Below, piece by piece: positions 47,701-61,075 of a DNA stretch of 64,000 nucleotides (within the stretch, counting starts at the first letter, position 1; every line of letters starts with the position of its first letter). This DNA is from Mobula hypostoma (lineage: Eukaryota), in the NCBI RefSeq assembly GCF_963921235.1, contig NC_086097.1:190280001-190344000 (forward strand), read 5' to 3'. The notes under the pieces are model-generated. The model worked only from the letters and a program-made list of their open reading frames with translations, had not been told where the DNA came from and did not search any database. The position numbers were made by a program, and so were the translations under genes.

Positions 47701-49054
47701 CATCCACATTATTGAAAATGCAGCATGCATTTAAACATAACACATCTAAATTTGACCTTCCACTGTTTTCTGTAGTCTGATCTGATCAGCCAATGGGCAT
47801 TTGGTTCTGCAGTCTAAGTATTTTGCTTACACATTTCCAACTTCCAAATGCAGCATTATTTTTCTCTTTCCTGACTATTCTTTCAAATTTCCATCCTCTG
47901 GAATGTCTTGAAAAGAAAGGAGCTATATCTAAATTTAACTAACTCTTTCTTTCTGGGGTGAAAACCATCAGGTTTATTTCTCTGGGGTGTGTACACATGG
48001 TGTAGTTACTGTTTTGAAACTAAGGGCCCAGTAACTGGCTGCAACCAAGCACAATTTCACTTCAGAGCAAATAATGGTGCCTTTCACGAGATACGCCTGT
48101 GATGTGTACCTGTTGTACAGATGACTTGAATCGTAAGCGCTTTTGTTGGTATTCATATTAAATTATTGTGTGAGGCTGAAAAATATTCATCTGCATTTGC
48201 ATTTTAATGCCAGGCAGCTTTCTCCTTTCACATCTGCTGGGTGAATTACAATAGAAGCATCTGCTGTTATTGCTAGCGTTCAAAAAATGTCAGTGCTCTC
48301 CACATAGTCATCATCCCTCAGCCTCTCAATTAATTCTGAGCACGCACCAATTACTCTGCACAACACAGTTCACTGACATTTACCATCCATAAGAAAGCCA
48401 GTAAAGTGTTATCAGTATAAGGTGGTTTTCCAGTAAATAGGACCTCCTGTTTTCATCACTTGTCTTTTGCTACGTAGTCCAAAAATTTAGTGTCTTTCAT
48501 ACATACCAGAGGCATTTAAATAGTGTCATGATATATGTCTGCTAGTCAATCATCAGTCACTGACTGATCTCTCACAGTGTACTGGAGATTATTCACTAAG
48601 GCTATGAAACTACAGTGATCTCAATGAGCTTTTCCTTACGGCCTATTAACTGGTGCAAAGAAGTGTGGACGTTGGTAGTTTCATTAATGATCTTCAGCAA
48701 TGCTTGGAAGCACTGGGGACTGCATCGCAAAGACTCAAAGTGCATGCATAAATCACTGTATACAAGGCTAAATTGTCCCCTTTCAAACGCCTGTTCTTTG
48801 AAGTAAATAGTAAAAATAAAATTTTACTCATTCCAGATATAAATATTAGATTATTTTCAAATTATTTTTGTTCTATCATCTAAAAAGACTTAAAATTTTA
48901 AGCCTGTTTAATTTTAACTTTGATATAAATAACATTTTTATGACCTAAAAACAACTGCCAAAGCATGTCCTGTTAGCAGAATTTATCTGTGCTTATGAAC
49001 CTGTGAAAGGAGTATTATGGTTTCAAAACACATTTAAAATGCTGCTGATATGAT

Positions 49055-49778
49055 AAAATCAAAATCAGGCTTATTATCACTGACATATGTCATGAAATTT
49101 GATGTTTTGTGGCCGCAGTAAATTGCAATACTTAAAATTATGATAAATTACTGGAAGTACATACAGTATATGTGTGTATGTAGTGCAAAAACAGAGCAAA
49201 ATAGTGAAGGGTTCTTGATAAATGCCGCCTTCTTGAGGCATTGCCTTTTGAACATGTCCTCAATGGTGTGGAGGCATTGTCACCGCCATATCAGATAGTG
49301 ATGCAACTAGTCAGAATACTCTCCACAGTACTTCTGTAGAAATTTGCTAGAGTACCAAATCTCCACAAACTTCTAATGAAATATAGCTGCTGGGGTGCGT
49401 TTCTCATTATTGCATCAATAACTTAAGGCTACTCACCCTTTCCACTGCCGACCCATCGATAAGAACTGGTGTGTGTTTCCCCGATTTCCCGTTTCTGAAC
49501 TCTACAATCAATTGCGTAGTCTTACTGATGTTGAGTGCAAGGTTGTTGTTGAGATACACTCAACCAGCCGATCTATCTCACACCTGTAGACCTCTTCAGC
49601 ACCATATGAGATTCTATTAACAACAGTTGTGTCATCAGCATATTTATAGATGGCATTGAACTCTACCTAGCCCGATGGTCATGAGTGTAGTAAGAGCAGA
49701 GCAGCGGGCTAAATATGCTAAGGTGCACGTATGTTGATTGTCAGCAAGGAAGAAACGTTATTTTCAATCTGCACTGAA
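49055..49778 (-). mobile_element. Rex1/Babar-like LINE 3' fragment
   Basis: Minus-strand YADDTTVV (49620-49645); (ttttga)n tail at 49055-49066. Confidence 0.7.
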
Positions 49779-50399
49779 ACAAGTAAGCATTTAATACAAA
49801 TATATCTAGATAGATAAATCAAATGTCCTTTTTCTTCTTTTATATCTTCATTTACTTCCTCCTCTTCTCACTAATTGCCAATAACTTCATTGTTGTTTGG
49901 CGAAAGTTTCCATTTTTCTTTTGACAAACCCAGGTTCCGAGTCAGGCAAGAAGCTAGTTAAATGTAGTGGGCATTATAACTGAGACTAAACTCTTGTTTC
50001 ACCCACTTCAATGCCCATATGTTTGTATTCAAGAGAGGAACTTCTGCTCCTCCATAAACTAGGTTTCTGTGGCTATTTGTGGGATTTTAGCTACTGTATG
50101 TTTAGCTAAGGCAAGACAGAACAGGGATTTAAACACTGTAACTTCATTGGAAGATCTAAAAATCAGATCATGATAACAAATGCGCGAAGGTGGGCCTTGC
50201 TTTTCAATGTACAGTAGAGTATTGAGATCCTTATTGATGCAATTTGTGTTAACAGAATTATATCTATTTCAACATCATTCGGGAAACTGTTACCAATTCT
50301 CCTCATGGTTTACTTTCAAACATTTTATCTAAAATATGAAAATCTTGTTCAAATGCCAATCAATAATTGAAGGAAAGATTATGCTGCCAATCCATAGAA

Positions 50400-50770
50400 T
50401 TTGGCTGCCTCATAGTCTGGTATGGCAATACAAATACGCAGTAATATAAGAAACTGCAGGGAGTCATAGACACTGGCCAATATATCACAGGCACATCCCT
50501 CCTCACCAATGGTAATATCTACATGAGTTAATATCTATAAGAAGGCAACATCATCATCAAATTTCCCTGTCATCCAAACCAATCAATCTTCTCAGAGCAG
50601 CAAGTGCAGAAGCCTGATGTTCCACACCACCAAGTTCAGAAACAGCTACTTCCCTTCAACCATACAGTTTTTCAACCAGTTTGTACCATTTTGCACTACA
50701 ATGAACTTGTTTCTTTTTGATCTAATTGTGTTACTTCTTGTAAAGGTTGTATATAATTAATGTTTTCTTA
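50400..50770 (+). mobile_element. Rex1/Babar-like LINE 3' remnant
   Basis: VWYGN; caccaagttcagaaacagctacttccc; homologous to 15900-16760. Confidence 0.65.
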
Positions 50771-52237
50771 GGGAAGTGTTAAGGACCAAATTACTCTTTA
50801 TTTTTTAAACACCAAAGGGGGACTGAGGGTGGTGAGAAGTGCAGATAAACATTCATTCTAACACAGTCTGAACGCTATAGCCCGCTAGCTCTTTCAAAAC
50901 ACAAAGCTGTTGCTTCCAGTCTTTGTCACATAGTGAAAGAGAAACAGAAAGTAGTAAACTGATCAGTATGTCAGGCTTTATTTCTGAAGACATGACATTC
51001 CTACTTGGTCCCTTAATCGACTGCAGATCAACTGCTTCAGTCATACCACACATTGCCTGCCTTATTTCTTGTCAGAATTTTACTGCCATAATTGTCTTGA
51101 AATAGTTCTATGTCTGCGGGTACTCTAAAGAAACAAGGCTTTATTTCAGAACACCTACATAATCCTGAGTCAGAATAACTCATATGACTGATCATTTTCA
51201 TAACAACTTAAGCCTGAACAAGAATGATTTCTCTTGCATTTGATCCCAATGTTTCACCTTCTTAAATCTGCACCTCAGTGTGGGCTCCATTCTGATAGTT
51301 TCCTTTGATTTCAGGAAGTTGATGTTGATCATTTAAAGGAGTAAAGCTCCCTCAACAACGTGAGCGGGTTATTGAACAATAGCTGCCAAGGATATTGTTG
51401 AGGAAAATATAACTTGTTGATAATTTGATTTCATTTGGGATACTGATACCCAAAGCAACCATTATTGAATAAAAACATAAGTCAAGAACACACCACTGGT
51501 CTTTAATCTTAGGATGTATAATTTCATGTCACATTTACAACTCAGATACAAGTCATTCATCACAACAGATACATGTTGCTGTTTAGACTCTATCCATCTT
51601 CCCCTTACTCTTTTTCGTGTAATCACTCCATCACTCTATTCTTCTCTACCTTATGAGTTTATCTATTATTTCCTTAAATCAATGCATGATGATATCTGCA
51701 GCTAATCGATCTCCTTCATTACATCTTGGCAAGCTGAGTCTTTCATGTCCTTAGAACCACTTATGTCACAATGCAGAGAATCTTCCTTTATCAAATTACT
51801 CATATCCCCTATTTATCCGTCCAGCTCTCACTCACTCGATTATTGTACAATTTGGTGTCTATCCTTGAAAGCTATCCTCACAAAGTGCTCTGCATCTAAT
51901 GAGTAAATTGATGCCCATTATCATCACCCACTGCTTCATCACCTTTTTGCAGAAACAGGTGAATGCTAAGCAAGCTACAAAGAGGGATCTTATGGATGGG
52001 AGGTAGCAGGGAGGTTTCAATCTACACATGATAGAATAAGACACAGAAGCAGAATGAGGTCATTCAGCCCATTGAGTCCAGTCTGTCACTTCATCATGGC
52101 TGATTCCAGATCCCATTCAATCCATACACCTGCCCTCTCATTGAAGTCCCGACCAATCAGCAGTCCATCACAGATTTCACAGGGTTCCACTGATTCGCCA
52201 TTCTTTGGCTAAAAAATTGCTCTTTACTTCTGTTCTA

Positions 52238-52439
52238 GGTGTGACGACACCGGTGCCAAGCTGTATGGGTCCTAATGCCCTTCCCTTGGACAACATTGGT
52301 GTCGTGGAGAGGGGAGATTTGCAGCATGGGTAACTGCTGGTCTTCCATACAATCTTGCCCAGGCCTGCGCCCTGGAGAGTGAAGACTTTCCAGGCACAGA
52401 TCCATGGTCTTGCAAGACTAACAGATGCATTTAGACTTT
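52238..52439 (+). mobile_element. Unclassified ~200-bp GC-rich retroposon fragment with 7-bp TSD
   Basis: tgttcta at 52231-52237 and 52440-52446; CR1 sequence is continuous when the insert is removed. Confidence 0.75.
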
Positions 52440-53339
52440 TGTTCTAAAAGATCACCTCTCAATTTTGAGACTGTGTCCTCTAGTTCTGGATACCCCGACC
52501 ATAGGAAACATCCTCTCCACATCCACCCTATGTAGTCCTTCCAACATTCTGTAGTTTCAATGAAATCACCATGCATTCTTCTAAATTCCAGTGAGTACAG
52601 ACCCAAAGCTGCCAAATGCACCTCATAAGTTAACAACTTAATTCCTGGAATCTTCCTCATGAATTTCCTCTGGACTCTCTCCAATGGCAATACATTCTTT
52701 CTGAGATATGTGGCCCAAAACTCGACAATACTGCAAGTGTGACCTGACAAGTGTCTTATATAGCTTCAGCAATATCTCCTTGTTTTTATATTCTATTCCC
52801 CTTGATCTAAATGGCAACATTGCCTTCCTTACCACAGACTCAACCGGTGAATTAAACTTCTGGGAGTCTTGCACGAGGACTCCTAAGTCCGTCTGCACCT
52901 CTAATGTTTGAGCCTTCTCCCCATTTAGATAATAGTCCACACTATTGTTCCATTTTACCAAAATGCATTATCATACATTTCCCAACACCATATTCCATCT
53001 GCCACATTTTTGCCCATTCGTCCAATTTGTGTAAGTCCTGCTGCAATTGCATTGCTTCCGTAGCATTACCTACCCCTCCACGTATCTTCATATCATCTGC
53101 AAACTTTGCCACAAGGCCATCAATTCCATTGTCTAACTCATTGACAAACAATGTGAAAAGTAGCAGTCCCAATACTGACTGCTAAGGAACACCACCAGTC
53201 ACTGGCAGCCAACCAGAAAAGGCTCCCTTTATTCCCACTCACTGCCTCCTGCCTGTCAGCCTTTCCTCTATCCAAGCCAGTATCTTTCCTGTAACACCAT
53301 AGGATTTTATCTTGTTAAGCAGCCTCATATGAGGCACCC

Positions 53340-54515
53340 AGAAACATAAAAAAACCTATAGCACAATACAGGAACTTTGGCCCACAAAGTTGTGCCAAAC
53401 ATGTCCCTACCTTAGAAATTACCAGGTTTACCTATAGCCCTCTATTTTTCTAAGCTCCATGTACCTATACAAAAGTCTCTTAAAAGACCTTATCGTATCC
53501 ACGTCCACCACCGTTGCCAGCAGCCCATTCCACGCACTCACCACTCTCTGCGTAAAAAACTTACCCCTGACATCTCCTCTGTACCTACTCTCCAGAACCT
53601 TAAGTATGTGTCCTCTTGTGGCAACCATTTCAGCCCTGGGAAAAAGCCTCTGACTATCCACATGATCAATGATGTAGGGGAAGGTATGAGAGGTGCGCAA
53701 AAACACAGCGATATACCTCTATCAGATCTGATCTGATACACCTCTATCAGATCACCTCTCATCCTCCATCGCTCCAAAGAGAAAAGGCCAAGGTCACTCA
53801 ACCTGTTTTCATAAGGTATGCTCCCCAATCCAGGCAACATCCTTGTAAATCTCCTCTGCACCCTTTCTATAGTTTCCACATCTTTCCTTTAATGAGGTGA
53901 CCAGAACTGAGCACAGTACTCCAAGTGGGGTCTGACCAGCATCTTATATAGCTGCAACATTACCTCTCGGCTCCTAAATTCAATTCCACGATTGATGAAG
54001 GCCAGTACACTGTATGCCTTCTTAACCACAGAGTCAACCTGCGCAGCAGCTTTGAGCGTCCTATGGACTCGGACTCCAAAATCCCGCTGATCCTCCACAC
54101 TGCCAAGTGTTTTATCATTAATACTGTATTCTGCCATCATATTTGACCTACCAAAATGAACCACTTCACACTTATCTGGGTTGAACTCCATCTGCCACTT
54201 CTCAGCCCAGTTTTGCATTCTATCAATGTCCTGCTGTAACCTCTGACAGCCCTCCACACTGTTCACAACACCCCCAACCTTTGTGTCATCAGCAAACTTA
54301 CTAACCCACCCCTCGACTTCCTCATCCAGGTCATATATAAAAATCACGAAGAGTAAAGGTCCCAGAACAGATCCCTGAGGCACACCACTGGTCACCGACC
54401 TCCATGCAGAATATAGCCCGTCGACAACCACTCTTTGTCTGCTGTGGGCAAACCAGTTCTGGATCCACAAAGCAATGTCCCCTTGGATCCCATGCCATCT
54501 TACTTTCTCAATAAG
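53340..54515 (-). mobile_element. CR1 (family B), 5'-truncated, 1.2 kb
   Basis: 211-aa ORF piece with SGVPQGSVLGP, FADDTK, WQMEFNPDKC, RPHLEYCAQFWSPH; family B 3' UTR. Confidence 0.92.
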
Positions 54516-54760
54516 CCTTATCAAATGCTTTCTGAAAATCTAAGTACATTGCATCCACTGCTCTCCTTTGACCACCCTGCTTGTTATTTCCTCAAAGAAT
54601 TCTATCAGATTTGTCAGGCAATATTTCCCTTGATAGAAACCATGCTGACTTTGAATTATTTTACCATTAATCTCCAAGTACCCCAAAACTTCGTCCTAAT
54701 AATGGACTCCAACACTTTCCCAACCTCTGAGGTGAGGCTAACTGGCCCATAATTTCCTCT

Positions 54761-54975
54761 GAAACACACACAAAATGCTGGAGGAATTCAGCAGGCCAGG
54801 CTGCATCTATAGAAATCAGTCCAGATTTTGGATGGAAGTTCAGAGACCTGCTGAAGGATCTTTACTGGAACGTTGATTATACTCTTTTTCATAGATGCTG
54901 CCTGGCCAGCTGAGTTGCTCCAGCATTTTGTGTGTGTTGCATGGATTTCCAGCATCCGCCAATTTTCTCTTGTTT
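54761..54975. mobile_element. Palindromic Penelope-type element with decayed hammerhead
   Basis: acacacacaaaatgctggaggaattcagcaggccagg / cctggccagctgagttgctccagcattttgtgtgtgt arms; centre CTGCTGA aggatctttact GGAAC GTT. Confidence 0.85.
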
Positions 54976-57494
54976 ATAATTTTGTGTTTTGTGTTCCTCC
55001 TTTCTTAAAGAGTGGAGTGACATTTTCAGTTTTCCAGTCCACCAGGACTATACTAGAATCAAATGATTCTTGAAAGATTGTAACCAATGCACCCATCATC
55101 TCTTCAGCAATCTCTCTCAGGACTCTGGGATGTAGTCCATCTGGCCCAGGTGACTTATGCACCTTAAGACCTTTGAGGTTGCCTAGCACTTTTTCCTTTG
55201 TAATAGCAATGGCACTCACTCCAGCTCCCTGACACTCATGGACATCTGGGCTATAGTAAGTGTCTTCCACAGTAAAGACTGAAGCAAAGTACTTATTAAA
55301 TTCATCGCCAGTTCTTCATCCTCCATTACTACCTCACCAGCATCATTTTCCAGTGGTCCAATATCAACTCTCACCTCCCTTTTACTCTTTATATAATTGA
55401 AAAAACTTTGAGTATCCTGCATTATATTATTGGCTAGTTTGTCCTTAGATTTCACCTTTTCCCTTGTTATAATTTTCCTAGTTGCCTTTTGTTGGATTTT
55501 GGAAGCTTCCCGATCACCCAACTTCCCACTCACTTATACACCCTTTCCTTGGCTTTTATGCAGTCCTTAACTTCTCTTGCCAGCCACTGATCCTTAGCCC
55601 TGCCATTTGAGAACATCTTCTTCTGTGGGACATATCTATTCTGCGCCATGTGAACAATTCCCAGAAACTTCAGCCATCTCTGTTCTGCCGTCATCCCTGC
55701 CAGTGTCCTCTAATCCAGCTGGACAAGATCCTCGCTCATGCCTCTGTAATTCCTTTTATTCCATTATGATACTGATACATGTGAATGATGGGACTCCCTC
55801 TCAAGTTGCAGTATGAATTTAAAAATATGATAACTGCCTCCTGAGGGTTGCTTTACATTAAGCTCCCTAACAAGATCTTGGTTGTTACTCAACACAAAAT
55901 CTAAGATAGCCTTTTCCCTTTCCTTCTTCTCCGTTAAAACTGCAGAAAATGTGTTGACATTGCCTTGCAATTCCTGCATCTTCTGCCCTGTAGACCTATT
56001 TTGATTGCTTGGTCAACAATACATTTGATTGTTACGTAGCTTTCTTAGGTCTCTTTACGATGTTATCAAGCAAGTTTGAAGAAGGTATTATAATTCTTTT
56101 CTTAGCATTAACTTCTGCCTGGTCTGCCACTGATTAGAAACAGCATGATAGGTTAGGCACACAGGCATAAATCTGTTTTTATGATTGCTCACCAGCATCT
56201 CATTGGTGGAGGTTTAATATGATAGCCACATTGTCACCATTTTGAAGCCATTCTTCTAATTTATGGAAGAAGTTGTATGTCCTCCTGGATACCATGCTTT
56301 GTAAATATTGCTCTTCTGAGATCAAACTTCAGTTTGTCACCACAAAATCTAACAGCTCTGAATATCTCAAGCTGAAGTTTCAGCTGCTGGTCATCTAACT
56401 CCTTGTCCAAGCTTTAATTGAAGGCAGCCTCTGTGACGCAAGACCTGGTCTAATGCATAAATATTTGAAAAGGGTATAATATATATAGCACATGTTACAC
56501 GAGCATTAGAAGAAGAATAAATCTATTCCCAGTGAAATGTAAAAAAAAAACTCATTTCCCATTTCATACTTTCTATGGCAAATCTCATGGTTGCGTATGA
56601 AAGTATTTTTATCAATTCAACTCGAACCATTCATAACATTTTTCATTTTGGCTCAAGTTTGCAAAATAAAGCAAACATATTATCACACAAACCAACTAAG
56701 TCTGATGAAATAAAGAATAAATGGTCCTACATGTATCTTCAGAGGGGTAGACATGCAGTATATGTTACTGATCTTTAGCATTTTGAGAGATTTGGTGTAG
56801 TATTCTAAAGAGTTTCTAAGGGGTGGTAACATTCTCAAAATTCCTCCATTATTTTAAATATAAATATACTTTTAAATTTGAATATTCAGTATTCAACATT
56901 TTTTTGAAATAAACCTTTTTTCAAATATTAAAAAAAACTTCTATAACTATTCAGATTAAAAAGCAACCAATCCTACCACTAAATATACTCTGTCCTACTA
57001 CCCTGTGTAATTAAATCCCAGTAAGTGTATAACTAGATAAGGTAAAATTGTTCATCTGGAATTAGAGTTAATATAGAGATGAATACATAATTAATATATT
57101 TTATAATATAGAATTAATGTATAATTTTTCATAAGACCTGATTTCCCCTTATATCCCATGTTATAAGTGAAGATATTTTCCTTCAAGTTATTTTTCCCTT
57201 AACAGTAATGAAATGCACCACACAGGCTAGTTCACAGTGGGGATGGGGGCACATAAAGATTTGCTGCAATTGAAAACACACACAAAAGTAGATGTTTATT
57301 GCCTTACAGCCTTAGATTTCAATGGATTCAGATACTTTTAAACATACATCAAGTATAAGTAAAGTAGTTCAATAATAGCACTTACAACAAATAACAGTGG
57401 CCGTTTAGGTTTACAACTTGCTGTTAAATTTTCTGTCCTTTCCTTCGAATGTCTTGAGGAACAATAACATGAAAAAAAAACTGCTACAGCTATA

Positions 57495-58330
57495 CAGTGG
57501 CATGCAAAAGTTTGGGCACCCCGCTCAAAATTTCTGTTACTGTGAATAGCTAAGTAAAAGAAGAACTGATTTCCAAAAGGCATAAAGTTCAAGGTGACAC
57601 ATTTCTTCAATATTTTAAGCAAGAAAACTTTTTTATTTCCATCTTTTACAGTTTCAAAATAACAAAAAAGGAAAAGGGCCTGAAGCAAAAGTTTGGGCAC
57701 CCTGCATGGCAGTACTTAGTAACATCCACTTGGGCAAGTATCACAGCTTGTAAATGGTTTTTGTAGCCAGTTAAGAGTCTTTCAATTCTTGTTCAGGGGA
57801 TTTTCGCCCATTCTTCCTTGCAAAAGGCTTCCAGTTCTGTGAAATTCTTGGGCCATCTTGCATGCATACCTCTTTTGAGGTCTATCCACAGATTCTTGAT
57901 GATGTTTAGGTCAGGGGACTGTGAGGGCCATGGCAAAACCTTCAGCTTGCACCTCTTGAGGTAGTCCATTGTAGATTTTGAGGTGTGTTTAGGTTCATTA
58001 TCCTGTTGTAGAAGCTATCCTCTTTTCATCTTCGGCTTTTTTACAGACTGTGTGATGTTTGGTTCCAGAATTTGCTGGTATTTAATTGAATTCATTCCTC
58101 CCTCTACCAGTAAATGTTCCCCATGCCACTGGCTGCAACACAAGCCCAAAGCATGATCGATTCACCCCTGTGCTTAACAGTTGGAGAGGGGTTCTTCTCA
58201 TGAAATTCTGCACCCTTTTTTCTCCAAACATACCTTTGCTCATTGCGGCCAAAAATTTCTATTTTAACATCATCAGTCCACAGGACTTGTTTCCAAAATG
58301 CATCAAGCTTGTTTAGATGTTCCTTTGAAC
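57495..58330 (-). mobile_element. Tc1 transposon (IR/DR type), 3' half with transposase pseudogene
   Basis: TA|cagtggcatgcaaaagtttgggcaccc terminus; direct repeat gcaaaagtttgggcaccc at 57504-57521 and 57685-57702. Minus-strand FWKQVLWTDDVKIEIFG...PTVKHRGESIMLWAC, then QQDNEPKH and WPSQSPDLNII. Confidence 0.93.
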
Positions 58331-59334
58331 CTTTTGAATAGAACTTCTTAGCCGGTGTAAAAAACATGAAAACCTGGACCACATTCCATCCTGTGCTTGG
58401 AACCACTGACCTGGCATGCTGATCACTAACACATCACATTTCATTTCTGTGACTTAGTCTGTGTATTATACTATAGAGCACTGGAAACAATACTTGATAA
58501 GCCACTTGCTGAAGCTTAAAGGGACATGGTGGTTAGATCTTTTTTCCATAAGTTTTAGTGGAGGTGTGGTTCTGAGGCACAGCCATAACTTCTAGAAGCA
58601 CATCGATTGTTATGTTACATTGAAGTGGCAATATCTCTTTGGAGATTTTATCACTACTAAGCTGTATGTTTTTCAGATATTTGCAGTACTGTATATACCA
58701 ATTAAGTTACCTTGTTTTTTTATAATTCAGAATTAAGAAAATATAGATCAGTGTGCAAATGAAACCTAAGTAAGAGGTCAGTGAAATTAATTTTTGGAGG
58801 TTGTGTAAACTAATCAGTTAACAAACAGCAGCCTGTTTACAATCTAGCCAATTTTTTCTCTCCAGTGAGGGGGAACATAGAATACACTGCTAATTCATTT
58901 TTGCTCATCTTGTGCTACAGACCAAGGCAAATTTCACCTCCAGGTTTTCTAGGCAGCAGAGCAATTAATTCCACAAATAAACCATCACAAAGTAATGGCT
59001 AGTTCCACTATTTGATATGCACTGCAGTCCTGACTCATTGACAGTTCTATGTCTATAAAAGTTACAGGCATATTGACCTTTTGTGCCAGAGACTCATTCG
59101 GACACAAAGAGATCAATTGTTGCAGTTTATGCTTCATGTTACTTACTGGTATTCCCCTACTGCTGCTCTTCTCTTGCTCTACAGGGTCTCACTTTCCTGA
59201 TGCATGCCTTGACATTGGTTCATCATTGTGGTAAATTCAGCTGGCAGGTTGGAACTATCTTTCCTCATAAAATCAATCAAAACACCACTGAGAGAAGTAA
59301 AACCTGAGTTCTCAGTCAGGGCTGGAGAGTCTCT

Positions 59335-59580
59335 TCTGTAGAGAGAAAAAAATCTGGAAGAACTCAACAACTGAAGCAGAAACTTGACATTTTTGCCTCA
59401 CAGATGCGGAGTGACCCACTGAGTTCTTCCAGATTCTGTTTATTTTTCCAGATTCCAGCATCTGTAATATATGTTTTCTCTACAGCAGAGACTTTGGAAT
59501 AAGTTCTCTATAAACACAAGGAGGTAGAGGAAGTCAGGGGTATTAGAGCATCTATGGAGGGAAAGCAGGCAGTCAACACA
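59335..59580. mobile_element. Older palindromic element plus a half copy
   Basis: aatctggaagaactca / tgagttcttccagatt inverted pair; ttccagattccagcatctg; gcatctatggagggaaag..cagtcaac. Confidence 0.6.
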
Positions 59581-59689
59581 CAGTGCTGACATATCCAACA
59601 GCACTCCCAATTTGTACAGTCGGCATGGAGCAGAGAGTTTGGCTCATTTACACTGAAGCGAGGACTGTCATGAACCATTCTGCAAGGGC

Positions 59690-61075
59690 TGGAAGAATGC
59701 TGTTGTGTAGAGGTATTTGGGAGCGCTTCTGCAGGAATTGTAAAAGGTTAGTTGGAAGTTGCAACAGGTAATCAAGAAGGCAGCTAGAATGTTGGCTTTC
59801 ATTGCCAGAAGAATTGAATTTAAGAGCAGGGAGGTCTTTCTGCAACTGTATAGGGGACTGGTGGGTCTGCACCTGGAGTACTGCCTGCATTCTAGTGTCC
59901 TTACTTGAACTCCGGGGATGGTGCTGAGAAGGTTCACAAGGTTACTTCCACCGGGATGACGGAGTTAACCTTTGAGGAGAGACTGGCTTGCCAGGAACTA
60001 TTTTCACTATTATTCATGAGAATCGGAGAGGATCTTACAGAAACATATAATTATAAAAGGGATAGATAAGATAGAGGCAGGAAAGTTGGTTCCATGGTTG
60101 AGAAAGGTACATAGCTTCAAGATTTGGGGGAATAGATGTCAGATGGAGATAAGGATAAACTGTTTTTTCCAGAGATTTGTGAATCTATGGAATTCACTCC
60201 CCATTGAAGCAGTACTCATAGTCATAGTCATAGTCATACTTTATTAATCCCGGGGGAAATTGGTTTTCGTTACAGTTGCTCCATAAATAATAAATAGAAA
60301 TAGAACCATAAATAGTTAAATAGTAATATGTAAATTATGCCGGTAAATTATGAAATAAATCCAGGACCAGCCTATTGGCACAGGATGTCTGACCCTCCAA
60401 GGGAGGAGTTGTAAGGTTTGATGGCCACAGGCAGGAATGACTTCCTATGATGCTCAGTGCTGCATCTCGGTGGAATGAGTCTCTGGCTGAATGTACTCCT
60501 GTGCCCACCCAGTACATTATGTAGTGGATGGGAGACATTGACCAAGATGGCATGCAACTTAGACAGCATCCTCTTTTCAGACACCACCATGAGAGAGTCC
60601 AGTTCCATCCCCACAACATCACTGGCCTTACGAATGAGTTTGTTGATTCTGTTGGTGTCTGCCACCCTCAGCCTGCTGCCCCAGCACACAATAGCAAACA
60701 TGATAGCACTGGCCACCACAGACTCGTAGAAGATCCTCAGCATCGTCAGGCAGATGTTAAAGGACCTCAGTCTCCTCAGGAAATAGAGACGGCTCTGACC
60801 CTTCTTGCAGACAGCCTCAGTGTTCTTTGACCAGTCGTTTATTGTCAATTTGTATCCCCAGGTATTTGTAATCCTCCACCATGTCCACACTGACACTGGT
60901 ACCTTAGCTCTGCCTAACTATTTTAAAAATACTTAAGATACAGATATACGTATATATAGCAGGAGGAGTAAGGGTTATGTGGAAAATGCTGAGTCCATGG
61001 ACAGATCAGCCACGATCCTATTAAATGATGGAGCAGGCTGGACAGACCAGTTAGCCGACTCTTTCTCCTATGCTC
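59690..61075 (+). mobile_element. CR1 3' fragment split by a Rex1-like insertion at 60216-60895
   Basis: MLAFIARRIEFKSREVFLQLYRGLVGLHLEYC, tgtgaatctatggaattcactccc; 3' UTR at 60960-61075. Confidence 0.8.
60216..60895 (-). mobile_element. Rex1/Babar-clade LINE 3' fragment
   Basis: [41 protein letters not shown]...KSFLPVAIK; aataaa followed by (ctatga)n tail. Confidence 0.92.

Larger units (their letters stand above)
52045..55915 (-). mobile_element. CR1 ORF2 (family A) with nested insertions
   Basis: REKAILDFVL (EN), KSPGPDGLHPRVL, FADDMK, WQMEYGVGKC, LGLYSLEFRR. Interrupted at 52238-52439, 53340-54515 and 54761-54975. Confidence 0.9.

Noticed and set aside
56260..56415. Minus-strand candidate exon LDKELDDQQLKLQLEIFRAVRF...
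   Set aside because: Bounded by in-frame stops, weak splice signals, no recognisable homology.
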